A stretch of 63,479 nucleotides of DNA, filler included, from Choristocarpus tenellus KU-1152 (taxonomy: Eukaryota; Protista; Phaeophyceae), in NCBI GenBank assembly GCA_964200185.2. It is 10 parts of 10 records of this genome, joined end to end, with 100 filler letters (N's around TTAATTAATTAA, not from the genome) between each part and the next. Parts side by side here need not be neighbours in the genome. Positions count along the whole stretch, not along the records: positions 36,363 to 40,715 come from CAXNAD020014964.1; positions 40,816 to 44,135 come from CAXNAD020020829.1; positions 44,236 to 53,937 come from CAXNAD020003463.1; 7 more parts are not named here. One strand, written 5' to 3'. A program made the translations under genes and the position numbers. Below the pieces are notes generated by a model. The model had not been told where the DNA came from. It saw only the letters and a list, made by a program, of their open reading frames with translations, and ran no database searches. Positions within the stretch are counted from its first letter, which is position 1. The number at the start of each line of letters is the position of its first letter. Below, one piece after another: positions 38,602-52,470 of the stretch.

Positions 38602-40665
38602 ACAATAGATTTATTTTTCTATCGGTACACAATTCCCTCTCGATGTGGTTCTCCGTAGTACATTGTTGCTGGGACATCGTAGAGGTGATAACTACCTGAC
38701 AAACACAAGGTGTGTTACAGGCAATACTCCATATGCCCGTTTCTTAACACCTATATGAATTTGAGGTATGAAGAGATTGCGGTGGATTCAAGGATCCTTA
38801 AGATATATTTTATTCCATGCAGCCCAGATAAGCCTCTTTGGTCTGGTAAATGTTTCCAATAAAATACATTGTGACAATTCGTCAGGGCGTCGTCTACCAC
38901 CTCCGTTCTGGAGTATTAAGGGCAAATTATTCCCACTACATGAATAATCTAGGCATTGTAACATGGGGGTCCTACCACGGACACCCAGTTACTTTTTTTT
39001 TTCTCTCGTGAAAAAAGGGAAGGGTAGAGTAGCGTAAGCAGGCTGCTAATGGAATATATTTTTCGACCCCCAGCCTTCAGGAATAATGCCGGAGAATTTG
39101 ATTGGCTTCTGCGGCATTAAACGTTGTGGTGGCAACGTGGGACTATGTCTATACATCAGTAGCTGTTAGTTGGTGGGATGCTGGCTCGTCAAAACTGGGT
39201 TTTGGGATAATGGCGCCCCAATCTATTGCTTTAGGATAACCTTCTATTGGGGTATGGCCTTCATGAATACGTAAGAGGATTGGCAGCTTGCATCGAGTCC
39301 TGTTGACTACTGAGATTGAGTAGAATAGGTTCCACTTTGATCACACACTCAGTCATGTTGTCCACTTTTACTCTCACCTTTTTATTGATTTATCTTGAAT
39401 TTTGGTCACCCCTTTTTAGGTAATGCCACGTCCTTACTAACCCTTGGAATTATGTTGCGGACAAGGGCGTTCTCATTGGTGTGATAACCTTGCAGCTCGT
39501 CTATAACAGCCATTGCTCCAGTCTGAGATCGGGTAGTCAACAGGAAATTTGACCGCCCTCTGATTTGGACAGGAGTAAGGGTCGGATTGCAAGTTTGGAT
39601 AGAGTGTAGGCACCTTAGCCCAGCTTCCTCTTTTGCTCTACCCCTCCAGCGCTTACAAAACACTTCTTGCATCACCTTCCCCAACCTGCTGAAATTTGCT
39701 CTCCAGCATATATGATTTATACAGGAGACCCATCAGGTGTTCCCCAATCATAGAGGCTCCAGACATGACAAGGAAAATATTGAAGTCTCATCATTGTACG
39801 AAACTTATCTTTGGACTTGCCTTCTTGTAAGACTGTTTGCCCACTAGTGGCCAATCATCGAATCTTATATGAGTAAGAGCATACTACTGTGGAATATGAG
39901 AAAATATTGGTGAGCTTTTAAGATTGTGCTTGACCAAATTGGGGTTAAGAATGTGACATTTTCTCTTTGGAATGAGCTTACAGTATACTAGTTCGCTCAC
40001 TGTCTATTCCTCGTAATTATAGTAATCGAAGATGAAAGGGAAAGCAACAATGTGACGGATTTTTGATTACTAGAGTAAATATCTTATTGTAGTACAAATA
40101 TGTAGATGTTAGCTATCTCAATGTCTGTTTTTTCCTGTCATAGGCCATGAAGGACTTCATGGTAGTACTTTCCTGAACGGGTTGCCAGAACCTGACTCGC
40201 TTTCAATGAGTACAGGTATTGGTCACCAAACCCCATGAATGTGTAGCTGTTTCTATTTTACCTTCCTCAGCTCCTGGTAAGTACAGAGTGCAATTCTCTT
40301 GAAGGACTAAGATTCTTTCTCACATGTCCCTCATTCCCTAGTTAGTTCATCCATCACCCTTTACAGGCCTGGAAGCAACAGATCGTTTGATCAGCCGCTA
40401 CTCAGGCGCCACTCACTGATTCTGCCAGCATTTTTAGTAGCGGTAAATGGTTGAGGAACACAGAGCAGTAATATATTGCACCTGACTGAACCAGGGCTTA
40501 AATCAGACACCAGAGGAGCCCACATAGCTTGCAGTGCTTATTCCCTCAACAGAGTACAACTTGGAGTTGAGAAATGTGAATTGCTAGGGTAGTAAAATAC
40601 TTAGAGCTCGGAACTCCAATAGACCCGAACGTGCAGTAAGCCAGTCAGTGTGTAAGGACGTTTAC

Positions 40666-40715
40666 GAGTGAAAGTATCTTAGAGGGTACGAGTTTTGCCC
40701 TGTTTGTCCATTTGG
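40666..40715 (-). mobile_element. MITE family B, partial at contig edge
   Basis: GAGTGAAAGTATCTTAGAGGGTACGAGTTTTGCCCTGTTTGTCCATTTGG. Confidence 0.85.
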
Positions 40716-40815
40716 NNNNNNNNNNNNNNNNNNNNNNNNNNNNNNNNNNNNNNNNNNNNTTAATTAATTAANNNNNNNNNNNNNNNNNNNNNNNNNNNNN
40801 NNNNNNNNNNNNNNN

Positions 40816-40999
40816 AGCGTGGGGGGGGGGGGGGGGGGGGGAGGGGTGGGTCTACACCAGGGTGTCCATTTGGACCAAAATACGGAAAAGTGCATTTACA
40901 TCATCCATCGGAGATACGCAACCAAATCACCCCAAAATCGCAACATAAAAAAATGACCTCAAATGGACAACCGCCACGCCCACCCAGATACTTTGAGCC
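40816..40999 (-). mobile_element. MITE family A, near-full copy at contig edge
   Basis: Poly-G, GTCTACACCAGGGTGTCCATTTGG..AGATACTTTGAGCC. Confidence 0.85.
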
Positions 41000-42502
41000 A
41001 TGACGGACGATGGTACGCCTTGGTTAGGGTCGGCACAAGCTCTATATGGTAGGCTGACCACCACTAAAATGGGAAATAGGATGAGGGGTAGTCGTTATCT
41101 GAGACAAAAAAAATCGTCCAACTGACCATAAGTCTACATAACCTACTCTACCATATACTACTCGTTCAACCGATTTAGATTATTGTACTAATTCTGGTAA
41201 ATCTAATTTTTCCATCCATATAGATGACTATTGAACTAATCTGAACAGGGAGAAACGGTTGAAGGCAATGTAGAAAGAGATGAGAAATGAGTGACACAAA
41301 ACAGCAAAGTGCCTTTCACTTTGTTCATTCACCCTCACATCGAAGATGTCGTTTCTCGTTAGAGATGGACTTTCAGAAAGAATAAAAAAGGGTTTTAAAG
41401 CAAGATGAGTAGCTCAAGGACATGACCAAGCGCTCTGAATCGACAAACTCATCTCGTGCGGTTGCGCATGGGTAGACTACTGAGCATCAGGTTCCTGCCA
41501 ATACTTGTGAACAACATAAATCTTGAACGTATCACACTCAGATGCGAATAAGTGCATTCTCGCAAGCCCCTGTGTTGTAAGGAGAAGCATCACACTTCGA
41601 AATGGTCGTGTATACTAGTATATGCCAAGCCCCAGGTATTATCAAATGGGATTTCAAAACGACAGAGCCTTGGTTTGGAAAATGAAAGGGGAAAGCCATC
41701 ATGGAGTAGAGTATCTCTGAGAAAATGGAATCTTGCAATCACAAACGCACGTGTTGAGTTGGATTCAAAGCCATTAGTGAGTGATCCAAGTATTGAATGG
41801 CCATCAAAATTTGAACTTGATATACTTGTGCAATAACGACTACGGTAACTGGATTGCGCCTGTGTGGCTCGGAGATAGTACATGACGTTCTGTGTTACGC
41901 ACATTGATATTGAAGGTTGTGGTTACGCGATATATATATATATATATATATATTGATTGCCTCTTTCATAACGGTGGACGGGTTCGGAATCTGTCCCGAC
42001 CTGGTTCATTCTCTTCTCAAGGATGCTCGGTTAGAGGAGGCCATTAATATAACAACTGTTATAATGGGTTTATTCAGAGCTTGTTAGCACACTACGATGA
42101 TATTGATACATATCGCAATCCTATCGCTCTTGCATTGTTGTATTTGCATGTTCTTTCACCAGACTGAATTTGAGATTTATTATCTTGCACCTGTTTCAAT
42201 TCATGAATCTGCCAAACAACCATGACCTTTCTCCTGTAATAAAGGCTTTGAGAATATCCAAGGGTAGTCGACTTCTTTTTGATGTAATATATGAAACAGG
42301 AGATCTCAAATTTGCAGTCTGTTATTTTTGCCTTGCCTATTTGTAAGAAGTCAAGTCAAAAAAGCTTTTTTTCGAGACAAGTTACCATCCACATGTTCTG
42401 GTTTCAGCTTCAGAATACTGCATGCAGGGGTGTTGTGATGCACAGATTGCTGTTGCAAGAATCCAAACTCGCCCTTGAATAGTAGGGAAGTATTACGTCA
42501 TG

Positions 42503-42652
42503 TTTCGGCGTAGGTAAAATGTGTACGTTATTAAAAGGTGTGTTCGAAACAAGGATATTGACACTTTTTAATTAATATGATAGACAAAATTACATCAAAA
42601 TGGCAACATTGGAGTTTGACCCCCAAATGGACGCGGCTCTACCCTCTAAGAT
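42503..42652 (-). mobile_element. MITE family B, half copy
   Basis: GTAGGTAAAATGTGTACG..CCCCAAATGGACGCGGCTCTACCCTCTAAGAT. Confidence 0.8.
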
Positions 42653-44062
42653 GTTTCTCTATGTAACACTATCGGATACTACAATGAGAAGAGTTTTCAA
42701 TCTTGACTCCCTGGGCTTCCCAATCACCCTACATTGGTGACACAGTGCATTTCAGAGGAGAGGCAGGCGAGGAAACGTTCGATTTCAAATGCAGTGAGGT
42801 TTTTTTGAATTTAAGTGTGTTGTTGAGAAAAATAAAACAAAAAAACTGAAACTGCACGTACCTGAAGGTGTCACGAACATTTTTTTTGTTGGCGCTCTGA
42901 GCTTGAAATATATATATAATATACATTTTTCAAAGCATCAATACAGTGGACACTCCAAATATTCTAACGTGTGACCATACTCCAAAAGGAAATTGAAGAC
43001 TTGAAAGAGAAGAAAATAACCGTTCTGGAGTGATTGGCCATTACATCACCACAAGTTACGTAATGCTTTAGAGCGAATATTTCACCTATCAAATTGTACC
43101 TTCTGCTCTAGTCTGAACCGTGGTAAATACTACATTTCTTATTTTACTATTCCGATCCGCTGAACTCTTCATGCCTGCGCCCTCTTCTGCTGTGGGTGTT
43201 TGAGTGCACTCTTCCTTGTATTTTGCTGTGACAGCACACGAGAAGTTGGCCAAGTGATACAAGTAAGAAGTCATGGAGTCACGAGGTAAGAAAATGGAAG
43301 CTGGTGCTTTGTAGGAAGCCATTGCAAAGCAAGAACACAGTCATGAAAAAGAATCTAGGTAGTCCTTTTTGGATTGCATACCGAAAACCCCCTTTGCTAT
43401 GTCAAAACTGCATTATCCGAATAGTTTGGGGTGGAGTGCATGCTAGGCAGCCTGTCAGTACCCCAACACGAAGAGCAGATGCTGTTCCTTTGGTGCCACA
43501 TCAAGGAAGGACTGGGTTGCTTGCACAACACAAGTACAACAAGTAATTATCTGAGAGACTAGAAAAATATAGATGGGATTGGTTGAATAAATTGATGGAG
43601 GATGCTCATCCAAGTGTCATGCCAAAAGTGGTAATCTGGAGTACCAAGTTTTGTTTCCAAAACCGAAATGTTTTTCGGCTTCCCTACGTCCCATTACATA
43701 ACAGGCAGGAAATACTGTTAAACATGCCCATCATGGAGGTTTGAACTCACTTGTGCCTGTTCCTGCCCCTGCTCCTGCCTCGGGGGAGATCAAAACATCG
43801 GCCCTCATCTTCGTCTGACATGTTATCCCACCCTGTCGTCACATTTTTGTGACTTAGGGCACATCCATTCTCTTGCTCCTTTGGTTCATTTGGAACACAT
43901 CGTTTTTTTAGTAGCAGAGGTGACCAAGTACGATAAGGTTGGTTTACATGAAGTTGTGGAACGGAAGGAAGTCAAGAAGCAGACCTGAACACAGGGTTTG
44001 TGTGACTATGAGCTGCATGGTAGAGCGTGACATAGTATCTTGGAGCAAGAGTTGACAGTAAC

Positions 44063-44135
44063 GGTTCAAAGTATCTGGGGGGGTGGGGGGGGTCTACACG
44101 AGGGTGTCAATTTGGACCAAAATCGGGAAAAGTGC
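44063..44135 (-). mobile_element. MITE family A, partial at contig edge
   Basis: GGTTCAAAGTATCTGGGG..GTCTACACGAGGGTGTC. Confidence 0.8.
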
Positions 44136-44245
44136 NNNNNNNNNNNNNNNNNNNNNNNNNNNNNNNNNNNNNNNNNNNNTTAATTAATTAANNNNNNNNN
44201 NNNNNNNNNNNNNNNNNNNNNNNNNNNNNNNNNNNGTGTGGTGGT

Positions 44246-44285
<40 letters not shown>

Positions 44286-46532
44286 ATTTAGAAGGAAGGT
44301 TTGAGAGGACAATAGGGTGAGATGGATGCTTTCGTTTATGATATGGAGGGTGCACTCACAGCTGAAAGTCAGGAACATTTTGGGTTGGGGGTTTTGGGAA
44401 TCCATTGAAGAATAGAGAGCTATTAATGATTCTCTTTTGACCTTGGGAGTAAGGGGAGGAAAACTTGCCTTTTGCAAGGTGATTTTGTTTTCCCATCCAT
44501 TGTGATTCTCTTGAATCCATTGGGTATTATCGATTTTTCCAACTCTTGATTATTATCATGAAAATGCATTGCTGTAGAGGCTAGAAAATGCTGCACTCGT
44601 TTGGAGAAGATCCCCAGCAGGACCTATTCACAATTTTTTCTTTCTTTCTTAATTCTCACTACCTACAAGTGGAACATCGACTACATCGTTTGTGAGGGGC
44701 TATCAGTTACATATTGTTGCCTTCACCATCATGGTCGCATCTTTTTATTTTTCCGAAACGCTTCTCGAAGACCTCCATTAAATAAAAAAGAAAATTAAAG
44801 ATAGTGATATCCAAAAAGTAACAAACATTCATCGAGCGTAGCAGCACAGGTTCAAAAATATAAAAAGATAAAAGTCGGAGATCAGAAAGAGGGAAATAAG
44901 AGTAATTTGTGTATCGAGTGTTAGGATTGAAGTCACTCCTCTCTCTCTCTCTCTCTCTTTTTTCCAAATTACCGGGGAGTATGAAGAACATCTTGTCGGG
45001 ACTTTCTTCCTCCCTGTGTGACAAGAATGGACTGGGGATTCGCATCCCCTAGAAATAGGTGGAAGTTGGAGATCTTGAAGGGAATACCAGCTCTGGGGAG
45101 ACTGCGATCGGCTCCCCTTCCCTTCCTATCAATCACGCCTGGAAAATAAATGAAAAAAAAAGGAGTTGCGTTGTTTTCAAGGCGGGATAATCACATAGGG
45201 TAGGCCTGTTGTCACGCACTTCAATCTCGACAGGACGGCGTGAGTACCAGGCTCGTGAAATCTGTTTCTCAGGGTATGCGCACGATGAGCGCTGTGCTCG
45301 TGAGGGTGGGGGTTCTTATCCATCTGTAAGTGGGTATGCATGCAATACTGGATTTACCACTAGTTCCCAAGAGGGAAACGCTGTTTTGTTTTATTAGGTT
45401 TTCAAATTTTATTGTCTAATCCTCATGCAGATCCTAGATCTGTTCTCCGTGTTTCGAATCAATGCTGTGGTTGTCATCACCTCTTCGGAGGCTCGTTTCC
45501 TTTTGTTTGTTGAATTAGTATCTTCCATCTGTTAGATTTACATAGGTGTGATGATGAGCCTTGGAGAGGTGGAGGAATATTTGGTTGGTGATGGAATATC
45601 GAGCTTCTGTTGCACTCAAATGAGCTCTTCCCTTCACCCTTTAACCATGTCCTGCAGCTGTGGTTTTCAATGGTATTAGGCATTTGTTTACCTGCTTCGT
45701 GTCTTCAGTGAGGGGGTCCCTTGCTGTGCGTGCTTGGTGTAGTTCATTGATAAGGTGCCCTACCTGCATGCTATCTAACCTCTGATTGCTCTGAGTATGC
45801 ACAAAATGGTTGAAGAACAGAAAAATCCCCACTGACGGGAGCTAAGATCCGCGGTAACCATCACAGCTCGCTGTCTCAAAATATTTGTTGTGAGCCACTT
45901 TTTTACTAGATCGGTAGTGACATGTTGGCCAGAGAATCATTCCCTAATCCTGAAGCATTGTGGAAACTTACATCGTGTAAGGGAGAACATCCTCCCCAAT
46001 TATGAGATGAGACACTTGCAGGGCGCAAGATTCCTCTCTCCCTCTCTGCCCATGATCCCTTCCCCCCGTCTGTACTTCATACCCTTAACCATACCCATAT
46101 CCGTTGACCAATATCTCACTCCCACCGCCCATGAATTGTTTGTAATAGGTGGACCGTGCGCTGGCAGAGATACACAACATCATGACAGCAAAGCTATGGG
46201 AATGTCTTTGTGGTAAAGAGGTCATGAAACCTCGAGCCCGTACCAATCAGGCGTTTTACCACAACTGCAAGCTGAACAGTCAGTTGAAGTTGTGCGCCTC
46301 GCGACTCCTCAAGCCAGGGTTGGACTGCTAGCCCCCTGAGAGGTAATAAATACATGCTGGGGATTTACAAGGTCAGGTGGTGTAGGGAGACTGATGGTTT
46401 CTGAGAAGGTACATCTCAGACACACAGCTTCACGTGTACAATAGCTGGGTTTCTCACTCAGTGCCGTCCTTTTCTAGGCCAAGCTCGTTCATTTTGATAA
46501 GTGTGTATGAGAGATGCACATTGGAGGTCTAT

Positions 46533-46618
46533 ATAAAGGCAGTTGGGAGTTGAAGTTAGGTACTGTTATCCCTTGATAAAGGCAGTTGGGAGTTAAAGTT
46601 AGGTACTGTTATCCCTTG
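46533..46618. repeat. 43-bp tandem duplication
   Basis: ATAAAGGCAGTTGGGAGTT(G/A)AAGTTAGGTACTGTTATCCCTTG twice, one mismatch. Confidence 0.9.
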
Positions 46619-48332
46619 TCTGAGAGCATGGAGACACCTTTTTTTTTTTGCTGTGATGTTTTCCCTCGAATGTTAAGCCCATGGTTGGAATATACCTTAT
46701 CATTCACTTTATACAATGGTATGCTGTGTGTGTAGTTGATGGTGTGGAAAAGTGCATTCCACAACTGTGTGTGTGTGTTGGTGTATCCTTACTGCATCTC
46801 TGTATTTGATTGATTTTTTTTTTTGGTGTCTTCCCAGTGGTCCAGTAATTGTTCTTCTGTGTGTTTGTTGTGAATCAGTTACATAATCTGTATCTGCTAA
46901 CTAATAGGGTAGATTCCTCCATTCAGATGAGTGTGTTCGGGCTTCTTGGATGCCCCCAAATTGTTTTTTTGGTTGTGGTAGAGTCCTAGCTAGTGTGCAT
47001 ATACCCATGTTCATGCTAATGTTCCATCGGGATTCTGAGCATTGTCAAGTATTTCCAGTGTGTAGCTTTTTCCACCCTCTGAACTTGATTAATATTTCCT
47101 ATTAACTTTGAAGTCTTGACTAGGAAATCTCCTTGAGGGTTTAGAGAGGGGTTGGGTGGCGGTTGGCAATAATAGTTCCAAGGTTGGAGTACGCCATTGC
47201 CTCTATAAGATTTGACAGCATGTTGTGTCTGGGTTCAATGATAGTCCAATGCACAAAAATTCGAACATGGCTGAGAATTTTGAAAAGAGAATCTGTTCCT
47301 GTTAAATTGTCTCCCAGAATACACCTATCATGTGCTGTGCTGAATCCATCCTTTGCTTATGAATGACACACCATAAATACATGGGGGTGGGGTGAAAGGC
47401 CTCTATAATTGCTCACCAATCCAACCAGATAGATTGTAGTACATAAACCCACCGCACACGTTTGAAGTTACAACAACAATGGGTGTAGGGATCAATGCAT
47501 GTCATTGTAAACTGTATCAGGCAAGAATGACTCACTTTAAAAGACCAATGACCCTACTGCAACACACACAGACCGACCCAAAAATCTGAAATTGCCCTCC
47601 CTCCCCACCCAAACTATGATCCAAAATTGTTAAAGGTTTTTGTACTCAATATTTTCATTCCAACTACAATGAACAGGAGTATCAATTCCTTCTTACTCTC
47701 TTTCTTTTCTCACATTGAACACATTACAAAGACATCGAATCGTATGTTCAAACAAACTGTTTTTTGGGCAAAATAGCTTCTGAGGAAAATTTTCTCAAAC
47801 TCAAGAATTATTCTTGAGGACCAAAATGTACAACGGCTAAACAGGCCATACAATGCAAAGTGTGCAAGACAGACCTACTTACAGAACACCCTTTACCAAG
47901 GAGATGCCCCCCCAAAAGCATTTAGTTCTGAGTAAAGTCGAACTCTCTTATCAATGGACTCGGTGAAACTGGATTATGCTCAAATGGCAGATGGGGACAA
48001 GACATGTAGTGGAAGTGTTGAGGGACAATAACACCTACATAAATAAAAAATATAGCAAAACTTGTTCGCGGGTGGTTGCTACATAAATAAAAAATATTAC
48101 CAAGGTTCGAAGGAGGAACCCTTGGCTGACCACGGTTGAAATCTAAGGTCTGGTTGTTCTCCTGCAACCTGGGGTGATCTCTGAACAACTAGGTGATGTC
48201 CCCTGCTGGACATGCAATGCAACCCCCACCCTTCATCAATTGTGTACAGAGTGGAAAAGGTGATCATGGCACAGAGGGTCAGCAACAAGATGTCAGCACC
48301 CTGCCTAATCTTCCCCCTCTGCAGGTTCCTTG

Positions 48333-51300
48333 TCATCCACGAGGCTCAACAATAATTGTCGCAACAGCTAGGGCCAGGCCTGCCACCATGGATGGAATGG
48401 CTGCACACAAGTAGACTCGACCCGATCTCTCAATCTCCTGTGTGCACCGGAAAAGTGTTGCATGGTAGAAAAAAAAGGGATATGTAGGATGACAGGGTTA
48501 GATTGTAGGAAGGGGGACGTGGTCTGAGGACAACCATGTGGGTAGCGGGTGCATTCTTGGAGGTCGAGTTCATGATTGAGGAATACTGGACATTTGCTGC
48601 CCCAATGTAAGGGTGGCCTCAAGCTAAAACCACACACAAAATGTACTACTAAATAATAGCGGTACTGAGTAGGGTTCCTATAACAGCTATTTCCCACGCC
48701 TTCCATGCATGCAGAGATGATTATTACTCTAACAAAATGTACACAAACCAAATGCAAATCTTTGGTCACAGCTATCTGCGTAGGAGGTTGCAGTACCTGT
48801 TCAATCTTAGCTTCCACTGACTGCTCTGCGAGCATTTCCACAATGCCCCCCTAACTGCTTCACACAATGTTCTACTCTACATAGGGTTAGGGTATCATAT
48901 AATAGCACGCTCGTAAGAACCTGTTGAACATATTTTATAATGACAGTAACACGTAAGTCTTGTTGTAGGTGCCTCATCCCGGTGTGATCAACACAATGAT
49001 ACTAATTATTTCGAGATTACGTAAATTGTTCCCCCCAATCCCAACCCCTGGCTTTGACCATTCAACTTCCTCTGCAGCTGCTGTGGAAGTCTCAAAGGAA
49101 GAGGACGGCACCTGAAGTAACGCCTGCTCAGTATTGGTGGTCACCACAAATGACCTGGTAATGGAGGTTGTCTTCAAGTCTAGGATTGACTTGGGGGTAG
49201 ACCTCTGCACAACCATCCGCATAGCAGAGGGCCCACTGCCGTCAGTGTTTGCATCTATTGCCTCCTCATCCTCAGAGACCTCTCCAAGGACGACTACATG
49301 GGTCCCAACAGCTAACACCTGCCATGGAGGAAGGCACAGAACACACCAATGACAGGGTGGGTTCAGGGAAGGATTCAGAACAAGTTTTTTTGCCCTGGTA
49401 TGCAGACCACAATATATAATGCACATGTTATACTTGCAAGGGGGAGTTGATCTATTCTTTCAGTAATGTGATTTCCTACCCCACCCCCCATCATGCTCAG
49501 AATCGTTCCAATATGAGATGATTCACCTCAGCAGTAATGACCACAGAGGACTACAATGCACAGTGATTTGTGACCATGTGACTGGGGCATGTGATCACAG
49601 CTTGGGTTCCCATGGACCCTTGGTAATCCTACGGCCCATGTGCTTGAGTCATGCACTAAGGCAGTATCCTTAAGCTTTTCCACAAAAAACATATTACACC
49701 TAGCCCTCACCAAAAGATGGAAGATATGCCAGTGACAGCCCCAAATACTATCAATTGAGGACTAAGTGTTACACGCCTCTTTGCCATCTCTGCATGATTA
49801 GCCTACATTAAAACTGCATTTTGGCTCATCTCGTTTCCACATATCTTCACAACAAAGCCTCGACAAGGCATTCGAACTTCCAAGGGGATATCTTTGGACC
49901 CCAAGGAGCAATCAACATAAAGAGCTCCTCCATTCCTTCCCTCACCTCCTCCACTGTTCTGTATCCTAGTTGATTCCGCGAACCTTCATCCCTTCCAGGG
50001 AGCACTGGGTCAGGAGTGAACTCCTCGGCCACCTTGTCCAAGGTGAAGAATTCAGCTCCTGCCAGGTCAAGTCGAACTCTCCCTGAGGGGTGCATGGATA
50101 AGTTTCCAACTGCTGTACCAGGATCCCTAATTTGCTGGTCAGGCTCAAGAAAAACCTCCACAGACTCTTCACTGGTGCTGAGTCTCTGGTGCACAGCCTT
50201 CCAACTTTCGGTGTTCACCTGGGAGAATAGATTACTATGTTACTACGAGGGAATATATGATGGTGGAGAGTCCTTCGGCTTGCTCTTCAGAGGCTGTCTC
50301 TTTGTGGCTAGGTGTACCGTTCTTAGCACTTACGGGTTTTGTGCTGTCAATTGCTTGGCAGGCACGAACGAGTGAGTGCTGAGGATTGACACAAATATGC
50401 GGTACTGTTTGAGTATAATACCTGTTTATAATATGCTCTGGAGAGGGTATGCAAATATTTGCATTGATTTCTACTCTTCTATGTCCGTGTTCACTAGAGC
50501 AGAGGGCAAGGCCTTGATAACACCGAAAGCAAAAAATTTACCTCTTTTTATGGTGTCTTCTCTTACTATGTGGAACTTGCACGACTGCTTGTTACATATG
50601 TCAAATATGTGCATATGCTAAAATCTAATTACTTATTCTTGAAATCGAGAATTTTCATGGGTAATCGTTGGCAATGGTTAATTACCTCATTACTCTAAAA
50701 AGGGCTAGCTAAGTTGAACACATCAGATAACAAATACATACATATAAATGCATATAAATATAGGCCCACTGCGCCATAGTACAAATGGGCTCTACCCCCG
50801 CACCTGTGAAGACGCACTCATAGAGGAAAAATATGGGACAAGTTGACTGACACGCCCCGCCACACTTAAGAAACCGCTGGCAGTGTCCTGAGGGAAGGAG
50901 GGAAAAGAGGGTGTCGGGCACCAAGTGTCGAGTTACCAGGGTATCAGCGGGAATAAATGGACTTGGATATATGGAAACACATGTATTTTGGGGTTGCAAT
51001 TAGCCGTGGCTCTGTAATGGTGACATCGTATGTCATGCCTGTAATTTACTAAGGGCACATTGAGACTACCTTTGAAGACAACACATCCTAGGAATCGACA
51101 TGCTATGCTAAAATATCCCAGTCCTTGCCTTCCGATTGGACGTCCTCGAGTCCACCACGCGGATTTTTGTGAGGCGGTAGGCAACGCAAGGGACACCCTT
51201 CAAGGGGCTCTTCAGGCAACGATCCCCAACTGCCACTTTCCCCCTGAGCCAGATGTATGATCCAGGTATGAGTCTGGACGCATCCACGGGAGAACGGCGA

Positions 51301-51532
51301 TCCTGACGGAGCTTCTTGGATTGGTTAAGTCGGCGTCTAAACCTGGGTGAGGGGGGTGGTCGTGATTGGGATAGTTATAGGCACAACAGTGAAGGTTTTC
51401 AGCGACCGCGTGCTTTCTTTGGAATAGGCTCTCCCCTGCATATTACCTCCTGAGCAACACATAACCTGCTGATAGGCACACCGTAGACAAGACGGCTGAT
51501 AGAGCTCGAGTTCGAAGCTTGAGGGACTGCAT
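48333..51532 (-). CDS. GIDE-domain (MUL1/SP1-like) membrane protein with two hydrophobic segments and no RING
   Basis: Exons 51447-51532, 51129-51342 (GC donor), 49946-50218, 49112-49318, 48333-48437. N-terminal hydrophobic segment, LRGKV..LKSPLKGVPCVAY, GYRTVEEVLAVGTHVVVLGEV, FVVTTNTEQALL, then a C-terminal hydrophobic segment and stop. Confidence 0.75.
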
Positions 51533-52254
51533 GGACACGGCGGATGTCGAAGGACTTATGATTTGATTTATTGGAAGATTGTTATGAGCGGGCTAATCTA
51601 TAACCATCAACTCCCCTTCCTTGACCTTCATTTCGATATATTGATGAGATGTTTATATCGGAATGTTATCAATACCGATAGTTGATTTTGGGAAGGGCTA
51701 AATGTTTGGTTAGTAAAATAGTGAATGCCGTGTAGACCTGGTCTGTAGCATTTGTAGACCTCCCATATATCAGGCAACTTCATTTCCAAAAAAGAACTTG
51801 CTCTCACTCTTACCTACTACTACTTACTGTGTAAGTTCTTCGTAATAGTTCTAAATCTCCGTGTCATCCCAGTACCTTGATTATGGTCACCTCTACTACG
51901 TCAGGGTGCGAGGATTAGGGAAGGCTGAACGTCATACAGGTCAGAATTTGTTAAATATATCCACAGCCACTCAATCCATAAACGTTTGATGCCGTCCACA
52001 GGCTCGAGTTATATCTATTCAAGTTGATCACCTCCAGAAGAGTTTTCCACTACTTGAAGTTAGAGACACCAATTCATTAGGCAGGGTGGAGAGACTTTAG
52101 ATGTTGCCGATGAGAGTCTTCCTGTAACTCTCGCCCACCTTCATAGAGTCAGTTTATTCGTTTTTCTATACACTTTTTAAAATGCAAGTTATTGTATCTG
52201 GTATTATACATCATATTTGTAGAAAGCAGGGTTGTCTGTTATCATATTGTTACT

Positions 52255-52470
52255 TTATTATTATGCCCTCTGACATTTTGCAGATAGATGTGTCAGGGGA
52301 AAAACCAATGAAAACTGTCCACATATATATCAGAATCCCTACAGAAGTAACAGTTGTCATAAATACATGTGAAAATCACTGATCTATTTACTATTTACTA
52401 CCAGCTATGCTGTACCACTGACTTCCTGTCTGTGCCTCCAACCTAGCTTAGTCCTGCACCCCAGTGTGAG
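52255..52470 (-). mobile_element. SINE-like repeat family C
   Basis: TTATTATGCCCTCTGACATTTTGCAGA..TGTGTCAGGGGAAAAACCAATGAAAACT..TCCTGCACCCCAG, colinear with 60236-60460. Confidence 0.55.

Noticed and set aside
46149-46341. Exon-like segment with AG/GT borders
   Set aside because: All three frames contain stops, and I found no partner exons or recognisable motif.
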